Numbered from the stretch's first letter, positions 1 through 13,125 are shown. The stretch: 64,000 bases of DNA from Octopus vulgaris (GCA_951406725.2 OX597823.1:15686001-15750000); one strand, 5' to 3'. The notes: a model not told the origin generated them from the letters alone. Program-made: numbers and translations.

Positions 1-32
1 TGAGAGACAGTTTCAAACAAGTCATCTGGTTC
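1..32 (-). CDS. PSMB3: PSMB3 coding exon 5 (partial, runs off window edge)
   Basis: Minus strand reads tatttcag|GAA CCA GAT GAC TTG TTT GAA ACT GTC TCT CA = EPDDLFETVSQ, matching the PSMB3 'xPDxLFETISQ' segment. Phase 0 agrees with the end of exon 4. Confidence 0.93.
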
Positions 33-3000
33 CTGAAATATAATAAATAAACAAGTACTTAAAAAATCAATAAAGATGGACAATAGTAATTTACTATTAG
101 TAGTTTTATTCAATTTTTAAATAGTATTCATCTTAAAAGAAAAGAAAAAAAAAATTAAACCTCACTTGAGTATTTGGGGTCCCTTTAGTCATACTGAGAT
201 CATAATAGCCTCTTTAATGCTGGTGCCATAAAATATTTACATTACACTCTGTAAAGTTTGCAGGTATCAAGGAAGGAAGGAATTCAACCATAGAAATTAT
301 ACCAAAATTTGAGATGTGCGAGGGACACGTGAACCTTTAAGTTGTCTAAGAGAACAGTACCTCTGAATAAAAACTAACTTGGACTGCAATGATAACTCCA
401 AGCTGCATCAGTATGGAAGATGGACATAAAAATGATGGTGATAAACTAGTCAGTCTAAATGAACAGGTGTAGTTCTGACTTCACTAAAGTTGAATAAAAT
501 CCAACTATGATCCTTCAGCTCACAGATCAAATGCCAAAAGTATTTCAAAGCAAGGCTAAATATGCATAATGATATAAAAGTATACCCCACGGTGTGTTGC
601 ATAATCTTAGCTTTCACATTCTTGACAATAGATTCTGGTTATATTACATATGTAGAGTTATTAATGCTTACAACTTATGTGTGATGAGTCTACATAAAAT
701 GGATAGTGTATTACATACACAATAATCCATAATCAGAACCAAAGTCTGGATACAAATGACAGGCTGAGACAAATGATGGATTCTGATTCAACACTGAGAA
801 CTTGGCAATTGATCTGATACTTAAAACAGACAAATGAACCAAGACATTGTATAACAGTGTTCTCTCAGAAACACAAAATACCAGCAGTGGATCTGAATGC
901 ATGGCCCATGCATAAGTACCATGTCCACATGGTCATCTTTACACAAATAGCCAAACTATCAAACAGTACTGTCATAAATTTTTTTGATGACCGTGACTTA
1001 CTAAGCACATGATCACAAGTTCACACATTAATGTTTGAGCAGGGCACATAACTCTTATCTAAAGAAGTCTAAAAAGAAATTTACCATCACAATACCTAGC
1101 TTTTAAATGTATCCTGCATGAATTAAGTTAACTTGATGTGTTTTACAGTATATAAAGGTAGTAGCTTCTGCCTAGTCTCACTTTAGAATAAAAATGTTAT
1201 TGTTTAATTAAACATATTATTGTCATTGTTATTAACATAAATTAATCAATCAAAAAGAAATTATAGGAAAACCACATTTAACTTTGAAAGAACCATCACA
1301 ATCATTTAAAATCTGTTTTCTATGTTGGTATGGGTTAGACAATGAAATTATAATGATGACTAACGCTGGTATCCATCACCATTTGGTGTCAGGCTCAATA
1401 GTAGCTAGCACCATCTAACTGGTGTTATACAAAGAATGGTGTTCACCGTGCTATTCTTTAATTTAGCTCTAATATTGCAAGTTGCTTCAGCATTCACCAT
1501 TGCTAGCTGTGTCAGTATTGAGTTCTTTTATCCCCAATTATGTTTACAGGAGGAAAACGAATAAGCTGCAAACTGAAAGACGTGTGAGTGAAAGAAAGAA
1601 ATTGTTGGATATTAGTAAAATTGAGATAATTGTGAAATCCTTTAAAAATATGTGAAAAAGATAATGTCCTTGATGGAATTGAAAATGGTGTACTTTTTGT
1701 AGGTTTTAATGAGAAAACAAAATTTTTCAATGCTGAAGATGATTAAAGGGCTTTACTTTTTTTTCTTTCTAATGAAGAATAATGCTTTTTGCCCATCCAC
1801 TTATTGTAGTTATTAAAACACAGAAGTTACTATACAGCAATTAGGCATATTTATTGAAAAGTCAATTGGTCAAAAATGCATCTTCAATACCAAATTCATT
1901 GAAAGACATAATCATAAAAACTGTATTAATTTTATTAAACATTTTGTAATTTCAAAATGACAAATTGTAAAATGAAATACATCTCCAGACTTTTCACGGA
2001 AAATATTAGCATTTTCATGAATATTCTAATTTTTTATTTTGCTTTGTTTACAATCAATTTCTCTTTTGAATGATTTGTTTTGCAATGAATTTGCAATCCT
2101 ATGGCTTGTATGTATTTCAATAAATGCTTCAACACCAATTTTGTTACACTGACCTCCTGCTTTATGTTCAACAGAAAAAAAAACTGGTATCTTGCTTTTT
2201 TACGAAAACATTCTTGACATCAATGGAACTTTTGCATGTACAACAATGAATAATCTCTTAATAGTAAAGGACTTCTGATTTTCTATCTCCTACTTTATGC
2301 TCAATAGAATATACTAATTATTTGCTTTTCTTAAATTGATTTTTTTTTGTTACATGTAAACAACTTTTACAGGTATTCATCATGCAGGACCTTTTAATTG
2401 TAAATGACTTCATTCAAAAGTTCAGTGTCTTACCCACTATCATGTGGTGTAAACATGTCATGTATAATATATGTTAAATTACTTCTTTTAAACTCAGTTT
2501 TACCATGATGAAGTGCAAATTCCAATTTTAGAACACAGAAAAAAAAAAAGTTATAGCTGAGAACCAAAGACACAGGATGCTTAAATGCACTACATAGTTC
2601 TTATTCCTGAAATATTCTCTCTGAAATAAGGGCACATCTTACATGCCTTAAAATATGGTATCTATAACTTCACAATTGAGTGAGTGGTTAGCAGTATAAA
2701 AAAAAACCATCCAGCTGTATTAAAGTCAATTGCTCCAACCATATGCAAAATCCAGCTTATTTCTGAATGATGCAAATGTACAGATGATATAAGAATGCTT
2801 CAGTATCAAATGTCAGCAGGTAAATGACAATGACAAGGCCCTTGATGATGATGATAGAACATGATTTCTTCACATTGCTAATGAGCCTCATCAGAAATTT
2901 TGCTTCTAACAATAACTATGAGACAACCTATCACTGAAAGCTGCAACTGGCTGAGTTGATGGAATGACCCACTAAACAAACGGTTGAAAGTTTGTGTCCT

Positions 3001-3325
3001 GTAATTACACAAGGTATGTCCATAACAGAAAAATAACATACACTGGCCCAGCTCCAACAAAGTAAACTGCATAGTTAATAAGTATTTCTTCATGTCACAG
3101 AACGAGGTATCAGTCTTCCTATAACCCTTTAGCAGGCAATGATAAACACAAACTGGAGTGATTGCCTCTGTCAGCTAAAGAAAAGCTAAAATGAAAAGTC
3201 TCAGATGTTTCATTGGTAGAATTGGAATCAGTTTGATGGTATGTATTAATCCTTGCCACATTGTCCAAGACCTAAATAAATAAGGTAGGCTTTAATTATA
3301 TAAATACTAAATAATGAGAACTTAC

Positions 3326-3503
3326 CAGATCTGGTTGCCATAATGACTCACACATACCATACATTTGTTCTGAACAAGTTCCACTCACAACAAAATCACC
3401 AGGGACCATGGGGCAACCAATCAAATCCATAGAGGCAATGAAAGGTTCGAATGTGGTAGGATCCAATCCAGCAATGACAGGTTCAACAAAGTATGGACCA
3501 AAC
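3326..3503 (-). CDS. PSMB3: PSMB3 coding exon 4 (178 nt)
   Basis: tag|G TTT GGT CCA TAC... = (R)[59 protein letters not shown]|gtaagt. Canonical splice sites. Confidence 0.97.
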
Positions 3504-3702
3504 CTAAAAAAATATAAAATGCTCTATTTCAGAAGGAAAAAAAATTTCACATATTTTAACACATTAAATGAAATCTTAAAACAATTACACACATTATATA
3601 AAAATCAAGACTGACAAAAGCAATGCCAACTACATAGTCCATGAACATGATAATTGTTGTTAGTGTAATTAGTGGTAAAGAGATACACTATATAATATAC
3701 CT

Positions 3703-3926
3703 ATTTCTTTATTACCCACAAGGGGCTAAACATAGAGGGGGACAAACAAGGACAGACATAGGTATTAAGTCGATTACATCGACCCCAGTGCGTACTTAAT
3801 TTATCGATCCCGAAAGGATGAAAGGCAAAGTCGACCTCGGCGGAATTTGAACTCAGAACGTAACGGCAGACGAAATACCGGTAAGCATTTCGCCCGGCGA
3901 GCTAACGTTTCTGCCAGCTCACCACC
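3703..3926 (-). mobile_element. tRNA-derived SINE with Meta/MESC-like central domain
   Basis: Minus strand: head GGTGGTGAGCTGGCAGAA, B-box-like GAGTTCAAATTCC, core GAGGTCGACTTTGCCTTTCATCCTTTCGGG...GATAAATTAAGTAC, A-rich tail. Many relatives in the window. Confidence 0.8.
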
Positions 3927-4468
3927 ATGTATATACCAGTATAAAAAGCTTCATCATTGTATATGTTAAACTACAGCACTAAGTTCAACAAGAAGTTACA
4001 CAAATAACTAAAACTAGAATTCTTGATTCTCTTGGTTTTCTTTGCTGTTGGAAGAAGATGTTTGTTCTGAATTTTGAGTTTGCAGGCATGGAATAGTCTA
4101 CTTCACATTAAATTCATCAAAATTTATTATGACAGTGTTAACAGAGTAATATTAGTAACTAGGTTTCAAATTAGCAAGTTAATGTTTGGTGAAGATGGTT
4201 AACATTTGCATGAAAGATATATTACCATATGAGGCCTCAAAATAGTTAAATGAAGAAATATTGCAAAGAATGTGTCAAAGTGGCAAATAATGATTTCTTA
4301 TTTTGGCACAAAACTACACATTCAGGATACAAATGACATCGAGTTTTAATGAGCTCGAAAGGAGAAGCAATGTCGAACTAAACAGCATTGATAAAGGGAC
4401 ATAACTGCACAAAGCAAGTAATTTAGTAATTTTGACCAACCAAAGTTTACGAGTGATACTTCTGACAT

Positions 4469-6556
4469 CACAGCTCAAATAATAAAATGCATTTTACAAA
4501 TTCACGTTTAAAACCTGATACTTGGTTTGTGAAATCAAGGCTGAATTGTACAGGTCTGTGACCAAAAAATTGGGTGAAACTGATCAATTTTCACCTGCTA
4601 ATGTCAAAACATTTCTAAGAAATTGTCCTATCACATACAGTTTCTTCACAAAATTGGTCACTGAATTTTACCATTATGCCTGAATTTGACTCTCTTTTTC
4701 TCTTTTACTTGTTTCAGTCATTTGACTGCGGCCATGCTGGAGCACCGCCTTTAGTCGAGCAAATCGACCCCGGGACTTATTCTTTGTAAGCCCAGTACTT
4801 ATTCTATCTGACTATTGTCTTCTGCTATTACAATTATCTATAACAGTATAATAAACAGGCATAATTTTGAAAAGTAAGCATCTGGCAATGTTTATACTGC
4901 TTCAGCTACATAGAGAGGCGCCTGCATCACTGTAGCTTCAGTGACCTGCAAGCAGTGAGGAGAGGAAGGTGCACTTTACAAGATCACTGTTGCTTAGGTT
5001 AAAACATATCGTTTTTTTATATATTTCCATGTCTTTTTTTCAATGTATAAATGCTATGTGCTTGGTTTATTGTATCATACACTACATTTCAATGCTTCTT
5101 TAATAATACAATGTATACATTTAAATGGTGAGTTAAATATATGTGTTAAAAAAAAATGTCCCCTTCCCCTTTCCTAACAGATCTCCACATCATTTGAAGA
5201 AAGGATGTCTTCTAGAAGATATGCAGCAAGTCTAGATAATTTTTGTTATATTTGTGATAAGTTTATGACAAAAAAAAAAAAAAAAAAAACCATCAGAGAA
5301 ACATTACTGAATTTGTCAAAATATCTTACTACGTTTACTTTGGTGTGAAATTAAGAGACTAAGAAGTGGGTTCCTTATAATGGCCTGCTCAATTGTGTTG
5401 AAGAACTATGAAAATGGATAAAAAGTACAAAGAAGCCCTTTTCATTTGGGGGTTCTAACAATATGGAGAGAACCTAAAAATCACAGTAATGACTGGTTCA
5501 TTTTGTTCATGTAAGTTGCAGGGATACAATAGGAGTGGAAAAACATTGTTTATCCAAATATCACATCTGCATTGTGACCAGTAACTCAGGGACCAGATGT
5601 TCCTGTCCAATCCTCACCAGGAAACCTGAATCAGAAGGCTAAAATAACAACGACAATGAAAACTTCAATAGTAGCGAAGATGAACTTCAACTACTCAAGC
5701 AATGGGAATTAAATGATCTAGTGAGGGACTTAGGGCTTGCAGGAGTCAGCAGAACTTTTAGGCTCCAGATTTAACTCTAAGAATCTTTAAGCTCATTGCA
5801 CATCATTCAATTTGTACTGTAGCTTCAAAATCGCTCAAGAAAATGATTTGGTTTATTGTACAGGTTTATCATGACTAATAGGAAAGTTTTGCATAAGTTA
5901 CAGCCCTGATAAATGGAGACTCTTCAAAGAGAAGTCTTAAAGCTGTTCTACTGCATAATGGTAATAAATATGCTTTCGTCCCTGTTGGACACTCAGTAAT
6001 TATGAAGGAAACATGAAAATTTGGTGTCAGTCTTATTATATGAGAGTAAATTCAAAGATCACAACTAGATGATTTGTGGTGACTTGAAAATAATTTGTAT
6101 GTTACTTGGACAACAGTTAGGCTATACAAAATTTCCTTGTTATTTGTGTGAATGGGTCAGTAGAGACAGGAACTGCCATTAGTCTAAAAAAGAAAGACCA
6201 AATAGGGATATGCTTACACCAGGAACAAAGAATATCTTTTCAGAAAGTTTGTTTGATCTAAAAAGGGTTCTTTTACCTCCTCTGCATATAAAACCTGGCT
6301 GCATGAAGTAATTCATAAAAGCTTTGCCACAGCATAGAGAGGGCTTCAAGTATTTGTGGAGCAAGTTTCCTGCTCTATTAGACACCAATGTTGAAGAGGG
6401 TATATTTGTAGGACCAAATTATGGTCATTAAATAGTAACAAATCCATAAGTTAATGAGAAAGAGCTTTTTGATATTTGAAATAACACCATAAAAATATAT
6501 CAAGTAACATACAATTATCAAAGCAATTTCAAAAAGCTCCATTTTATAGGACTGTG
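4469..6556 (+). mobile_element. Degraded Chapaev3-type (CMC) DNA transposon with transposase pseudogene (~5205-6425), internally deleted
   Basis: Frame-broken motifs FCYICD, WREPKNHSND, ELNDLVRDLGL, SLKAVLLHNGN, ICGDLKII, QQLGYTKFPCYLCEW, LLPPLHIK, EGIFVGP. Right end ...GGACTGTG at 6556. The left end (CACAG at 4469) is tentative. Confidence 0.75.
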
Positions 6557-6994
6557 TTATTTATAAAACAGTTTTTAACTCCTGAAAACTCCTGCTTTTT
6601 TAATAACTAGAAATCGTGAAACACACCTCAGAAGGCAAAGATGTGGTTTAAAAATTGGTATTCTTTTAAGGTTTTCCTAAATAGCCAAACTGTTAAGCAA
6701 GACCCTCTCAACACCTGACATAAAGTCACCTCCCTCTCTACTATATCCCAACTCAATTGAGGAAGCCTGTCTTGTAAGGTACTTGGGGACTTCACAAGTG
6801 CTTGTGTCATGAAAGATCACCCAATAAAGTGGTTAGCATTAGGATGGGCATCTGGCCACAGAAACCACACCAAAGCAGACACTGGAGCTTGATGCAGCCC
6901 TCTGGCCTATCTGATCCTGTTAAACCATCCAACCCGTTCCAGCATAGAAGACAAACATTAAAGAATGGTGACAATAATGAATAATTCATGATAT

Positions 6995-7358
6995 ATATAT
7001 CTATGGATCCCTTTGATTACTATTTTATTCTGGTGGATCCGCCATAACCATTCGATATTTAAAAACTAGCTTTATAGATACTTCTTTCAAAATACCTATT
7101 TTGTCTTTTGCACATTCACTTGTGCAGGTTTGCAAGAGAAGTCTCTGGGAGAACATGGTTCTGTGGCTGGAAACCTGTTGAACTATATAAAATGTTAGAG
7201 GAAAAAAACCTAGCTGTTTCTTACAACAAATACACCTAAAAGCAATATTTATCCACGGACCTTTAAAATATTATTGAAAATCCCTAATTTTCTATTTTGC
7301 TTGCATGGACCCTCAAAAATCTTATGTGGGTCATATGAACCCTGGTTGAGAACCAATG
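6995..7358. mobile_element. hAT-like MITE fragment
   Basis: Ends in CCTGGTTGAGAACCAATG (CAGTGGTTCTCAACC-type TIR), with repeated TGGA(T/C)CC subterminal motifs. No left TIR seen. Confidence 0.45.
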
Positions 7359-7419
7359 CTCTACACTCAAACTCAATATTTAGTAAAATAAGCAAGAGTT
7401 TAGAGAACAGAACACTTAC

Positions 7420-7527
7420 CTTCTTTCATAAAGTAAATTAGACACCATTGACATAAAAGTTTTAGGCTTTATTTTCCGGTTTTCTCTTAATTCATACAAA
7501 TTCAGTCGGAACTTTAACCTCTGGCTC
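7420..7527 (-). CDS. PSMB3: PSMB3 coding exon 3 (108 nt)
   Basis: tag|G AGC CAG AGG... = (V)[35 protein letters not shown](R)|gtaagt. Phase 2 at both ends fits the neighbouring exons. Confidence 0.97.
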
Positions 7528-8244
7528 CTAAATTGTAAAGAAATTAAAAAAAGCAAGACAAGTTTTAAAATTTATAACAAGAAATTGCTCATGTGCCCAT
7601 AATTAGGGGTACTGCTTCAAAGTCAGAGCAATTTTTAAGTTACAGACTCCAAGAAAGTTAACCCCCAAAATAGATAACAATGGTTACCTCAATGAGCATT
7701 TACTAAAGTTAAAAAATAACATATTTATCAGGAGTTGCGATATTAAACCTTATTAAACAAGAACAGTAATCTAATAGAGATTTCTTACAAGACTACTGCT
7801 ACCTGGGAAATGATTATATCCAATATGCAATAAGGTATTACGTAGAAACTTTATACTGAGCACCCAATGTAAATTAGTACACAAAAGGATGCAATGACGT
7901 TTTAAGTACATTCATAGAGAAGGGTTTCATATGTAACTAGGTTGTTTTCTGTCGTTATGCTGCCAGTAATCTGTTAATCATGCACACACCTCCATAAATT
8001 GTTCAAAGTGAGTCTTTTTTAAAAGTCTGTGTTGTGTTGTTTATATGTTGAAAGACCCAGAAAAATACACAAACAAACCAATAACAAAAAACTATTGTGT
8101 GGTAAGAAGATTACTTCCCAACCACATGGTTCTGGGTTCAGTCCCACTGTGTGACACCTTGGGCAAGTGTCTTCTTATATAACCTCGGGGTAACCAAAGC
8201 CTTGTGAGTGAATTTGGTAGATAGAAACTGAACAAAGCCCATCA

Positions 8245-10705
8245 CATCATCATCATCTAACGTCCGCCTTCCATGCTGGCATGGGTGAGACGGCTTGACA
8301 AGAGCCAGCCAGGCAGAAGACTGCACTAGACTTCTGTAACTGTTTTGGCAGGATTTTTACAGCTGGATGCCCTTCCTAACACCAACCACTAAGCAGAATG
8401 GACTTAGTGCTTTTTATGTGGCACAAGCACAGGCAAAGTCAGTTTTGGCAAGGTTTTCACAGTTGGATGCCCTTCCAAAACGTCGACCACTTTACAGTGT
8501 GGACTGGGTGCTTTTAAGGGGCACTTGCACTGACAGGGTCACCAAATACTTGCAAGAGGGAAGGAGGCACTGGGGAAGGTGATCTTGTGTCGGATGATGA
8601 AAGGTTATAGTGAGGCAGAAAAATCAGGCATGAAAACAGAAACAGGTGCACTACCGCAAAAGAAATACATGGTTACCCAACCTGAGGGAAGTGCAGGAGA
8701 AGGAAAGAGTGAGTGGGAGACAGCAGGATAGAGATAGCGACAAAGTGCCGGGCATAGACAATGAGACAGGGTGTGGGTGGAACACACAGGTCGGAAGCTA
8801 GCAGAGAGCAAAGATACAGTGGCACAGGGCCAAGAGGACAGGATTGGGCAGTGGGAGGCAAACCTAGTGTATGTAGTGGAAGTGTGAGGAAGAGAAGACA
8901 TGTAGTTTGGTTTGTTGTGGCAGAGTGTGCAAGAAATTCTCTTAAGTGTGAGTAGGACACACAGCACTTCTAGAACTCAGTTTTGCTAACATGGGTGGGT
9001 CTTCTCAAGAACTTCATAGCGCCAGATATCTTGGGCCATTGTCACATCCTTCGTAAGGCCCAACATCCTGAAATTGGTCCTTACCACTTCATCCCAGGTC
9101 TCCCTCTGCTGCGGGTACCATCTACTTTCACTGACTGGCACTTGTTTATGCAGCTGTCCTCATAAGTATCACATGTCCAAACCAATATAGTCTTCTCTCT
9201 TGCATGCTACATTTGATTCCTCTTATGCCCAACTCAATACATTTGCACTGATGTTGCACATCAAACAGAGCATACCATCTTCATTTCTCTCCAGTCTATA
9301 CATGTCTTCTGCATTCAGAGCTCATTTCTCACTACCATGGAGTATAGCTGTTCACACACAAGCATCATATACTCTACCTTTCACTCTGAGAGAGAGTCGT
9401 TTTGTTGCCAACAGAGGTAATAGTTCTCTGAACTTCCTCCACACAATTCTTATTCTAGAAAGAATACTTTTAGAACATCCTCCATCATTGCTAATTTTGT
9501 CACCTAGGTAACAGAAACTATCTATAACATCAAGAGAGCCTCCTGGGCATTTGAGAGAATCTAATTCTCATGTGCTCTTAGTGCTTATTGTTCCTGCACA
9601 TCTGCCATGTACAAAGACGACTTTATCTGTTAATCTACCTGTGATTCCACTGCACCTCTTATATATCCATAGTTTACACTAGGTGCAGTGAATGGAATTT
9701 CTTCCAACTCCTTTCCTACATATTGAGCAGGATCATTTACCTGATGGAAAGAGAGCTTTATCTCCTTTCTTACTAACAACAACTTTGGTTATTGCTAGGT
9801 TAACTTTAAAGCCCTTTGGTTCCAGCTTTTGTTTCTATACCTGGAATTTCTCCATCAATTCTGCTAAAGATTCTGCAATAAGAGCAAGGTCATCAGCATA
9901 TAGCAAATCCCACAGGCACCCAGTTTTGAATTCCTCTGTTATGGCCTTTGAGCGAAAACACCTAAAGCTCCACGAGGCTCCGGCAGGGGATGGTGGTGAT
10001 CCCTGCTGTACTCTTTCACCACAACTTTCTCTCACTCTTACTTCCTGTTTCTGTTGTACCTGTATTTCAAAGGGCCGGCCTTGTTACTCTCTGTGTCATG
10101 CTGAATATCCCCGAGAACTGCGTTAAGAGTACACGTGTCTGTGGAGTGCTCAGCCACTTACACGTTAATTTCACGAGCAGGCTGTTCCGTTGATCGGATC
10201 AACCGGAACCCTCATCGTCGTAACCGACGGAGTGCTTCCATATGGCCTGGAGGACTATAATATAAGTAGGCTGAGAGCTGAGCCCTGGTGAACCCCTACC
10301 TGTACAATAAATTCATCACTGTATTCATGGCTGACTCTCACCTTACTGACAGCATCACTGTACATGCTTGTACAACTCTAACAAGCCATTCCTCTACTCC
10401 TAACTTCCTTAGAGACCACCAAACAACAGAGCAGGGACTCTGTCAGAAGCCTTCTCCAGGTCGACAAAGGCTAAGTACAATGGCTTACTTTTGTCCAAGT
10501 ACTTTTTCCTGCAGCTGTCTCACTAGGAAAATGGCATCTGTGGTACTCTTCCCAGGTGCAAAAGCCAAACTGCACCTCATCTAGTTTAATTCTATTTCTA
10601 ATCAATTAAGCTATAACCCTCTCAATAACTTTCATGACTTGGTCTAGGAATCTAATGCCTTTGTAGTTGTTTCTCTTTACGGCATCACTCTTACCCTTGT
10701 AGCAG
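8245..10705 (-). mobile_element. 5'-truncated RTE-clade LINE (RT pseudogene plus 3' UTR, (GAT)n tail)
   Basis: Minus-strand fragments NYKGIRFLDQVMKVIERV and LWDLLYADDLALIAES (RT YADD motif). Parallel copy at 41127-42915. Confidence 0.9.
9948..10240 (+). mobile_element. 5'-truncated SINE inserted in the RTE RT region
   Basis: Flanked by an 8-bp TSD TATGGCCT (9940-9947, 10241-10248). Removing it restores the RTE sequence seen at ~42501-42530. Its 5' part matches the SINE at 21246-21559. Confidence 0.85.
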
Positions 10706-10724
10706 CTAAATATAATATATATTA

Positions 10725-10758
<34 letters not shown>

Positions 10759-11587
10759 GTGTGTGTGTCCCTGTGTTTGTCCCACCATCATCACTTGGCA
10801 CCCAATATTGGTGTGTTTACATCCCAGTAACTTAGCAGTTCAGCAAAAAAGACTGATTGGGGTCGATTTGTTTGACTACAGGTGGTGCTCCAGCACGGCC
10901 ACAGTCATATGACTGAAACAAGTAAAAGAATAAACGAATATAGCCTTTTTTTCTTAAGCCTGAGTTGTGTTGACAGACATACACTCAAAAATTCCGTTTT
11001 TAATTGAAACTAGTTAGGTACTATGATGACAACACTACCTGTCTATCTTTCACACACAGACACAGAAATACATCTAGCTTGCATAATCCATTTTGGTACG
11101 GTTTCTATGGCTGAATGCCTTTCCTAGCACCAATCACTTTACAGAGTAGTGGGCACCAGCACTAAGGAGGTTACCTACCTTCACCCCATATGAGTGTTTT
11201 TTTTTGGTGGTGGGTATAGTGATTACAGGACTAGGTGTAACAGCCGAGAGCTGACATGGCCTGCCAGCAAGAAATATTCATGCATGTGCAGGAAGGGTGT
11301 CATCATATCTCACCCAAAGAATTTTGTTTATACGACATTAGTTTTGGCAGGAAATATAAAGTCGGATACTTTTTGAATGCACTTTAATGTGTATGTATGT
11401 ATATAAATATATTCATCCTCAGGTGCAGGTATAGTTGTACAGTTAAGAAGCTTACTTCCCAACCACTTGGCTCTCGGTTCAGTCCCACTGCATGACAAGC
11501 GTTTTCTACTACAGCCCCAGAATGACCAAAGCCTTGTGATTGGATTTAGTAAATGGAATCTGAAAGAAGCATATACACATGTATATG

Positions 11588-12128
11588 CTGTGCGTGAGAA
11601 GACCCGGCAGGACTAGTGAGACCATAACCCGTGGCCTCTACCTGGGATGTAGCCAGTCGACTTATGCATACCTTTCCTTCCTGGGACACAAAACTCCACT
11701 TGTGAAGACCCGGTGAGGCAAGTGGAAATCAGAACCAAAATCGAAGTCGATCAACATCAATGGAAATTGCCGGTGGCACGTAAGCGAACCAGCCGATTGT
11801 GGCCGTTGCCAGCGCTGCCCCGACTGGCACGTAAAAAACACCATCTGATCGTGGCCGTTGCCAGCCTCACCTGGCCCCCATGCCGGTGGCACGTAAAAAG
11901 CACCATCCGACCGTGGCCGTTTGCCAGCCCCGTCTGGCACCTGTGCCGGTGACACGTAAAAAGCACCCACTTCACTCATGGAGTGGTTGGCGTTAGGAAG
12001 GGCATCCAGCCGTAGAAACATTGCCAGATCAGACTGGGCCTGGTGCAGCCTTCTGGCTTCCCAGACCCCAGCTGAACCGTCCAACCCATGCTGGCATGGA
12101 AAGCGGATGCTAAATGATGATGATGATG
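11588..12128 (+). mobile_element. RTE LINE 3' end / 3' UTR with internal GGCACGTAAAAAGCACC subrepeats and (GAT)n tail
   Basis: Near-identical, in reverse complement, to 24905-25455. Confidence 0.85.
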
Positions 12129-12359
12129 TATGTACATATGTATGTGTGTGTGTGCGTGTGCGAATTGATGTCGTGCAACTGTTGTAAATCAGCATTACTG
12201 GCAGTGACCTTCATTACCAATCATCTGTGAAAACATGTAAGGGTTAACAAGAGGTAGGGCATCCACCTGTAGAATATCCACCTCAACAAATTCCATCTGA
12301 CCCATGTAAGCATGGAAATGTGGACACTAAAACAAAGATTATTAATCAAAAGTACTTAC

Positions 12360-12547
12360 ACTGTCTGCACATCTGTCGCAAGACCAGGTAAACCAATGAA
12401 CAAACGTGGCCCCATTTTGAATATTTTCTGAAATTTGGTGCTCACTGTGAGAGAACTTTGTATTCCTAGACGACGGTCAGCAGCGATAGCAACACACTCC
12501 TTTCCTTTCATTGCCAGAATGGCAGAGCCATTGTAAGTCAGAATACT
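12360..12547 (-). CDS. PSMB3: PSMB3 coding exon 2 (188 nt)
   Basis: ttgcag|[63 protein letters not shown]|gtaagt, the typical beta-3 N-terminus. Confidence 0.97.
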
Positions 12548-12789
12548 CTGCAATTGAAACATATACACATTATGGATTACTTACATTGGCTACAAAGCCA
12601 GAAATGATAAAGGATGGGGTAAAACAGGATTGAACTGACACTTGTACAGTTTATAGCATTTTGTCTGTCACATATAGCTATAATTGATTTCTTACAGTAA
12701 AATAAGGCCAAAAACTATAGAGAGGTATAAGGGAATTACATCAATGCCACTACATGACATGTTTTAGCATTCAGCTACATGTGTGCATG

Positions 12790-12826
<37 letters not shown>

Positions 12827-12827
<1 letters not shown>

Positions 12828-13125
12828 TAATTGCAGCATGGATGGAAGGTGTTTCTAAGCCATTTAAAAACACACAAAAACCGTTAAGTTTACTTCAACA
12901 TGTAAATTTAACTTGCCAAAATATTTTTGTCGCTTTGAGACCGCGACCTGTTCACTGACAAAATTCCGTGCTGCATCAGATGCAGTACGGAATTTTGTCA
13001 GTGAACAGGTCGCGGTCTTATAACGACGAAAATATTTTGACAAATTAAACTTAAATGTTGAAGTGAATCTAACGGTTTTTGTGTGTTTCTTCAATGTTTA
13101 TAAGCACCTTCCATGCTGCAATTAT
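12827..13125. mobile_element. ~300-bp near-perfect palindrome (inverted Penelope-like pseudo-LTR pair) between (TA)n tracts, in PSMB3 intron 1
   Basis: Arms are symmetric about position 12978. Each arm carries a hammerhead-like motif reading outward. Confidence 0.7.
12994..13044 (+). ncRNA. Candidate variant type-I hammerhead ribozyme (G3:C8 core)
   Basis: Stem I UUUGUCA/UGACAAA; core GUGAACA plus an extra G; stem II GUCG/CGAC; GAA; palindromic stem III AAUAUU; U17. Confidence 0.6.

Larger units (their letters stand above)
8093..10940 (+). mobile_element. tRNA-derived SINE split by an RTE insertion (head 8093-8243, 3' half ~10750-10940)
   Basis: Both halves match the intact SINE copies at 60884-61296 and 28905-29340. 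Confidence 0.75.
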
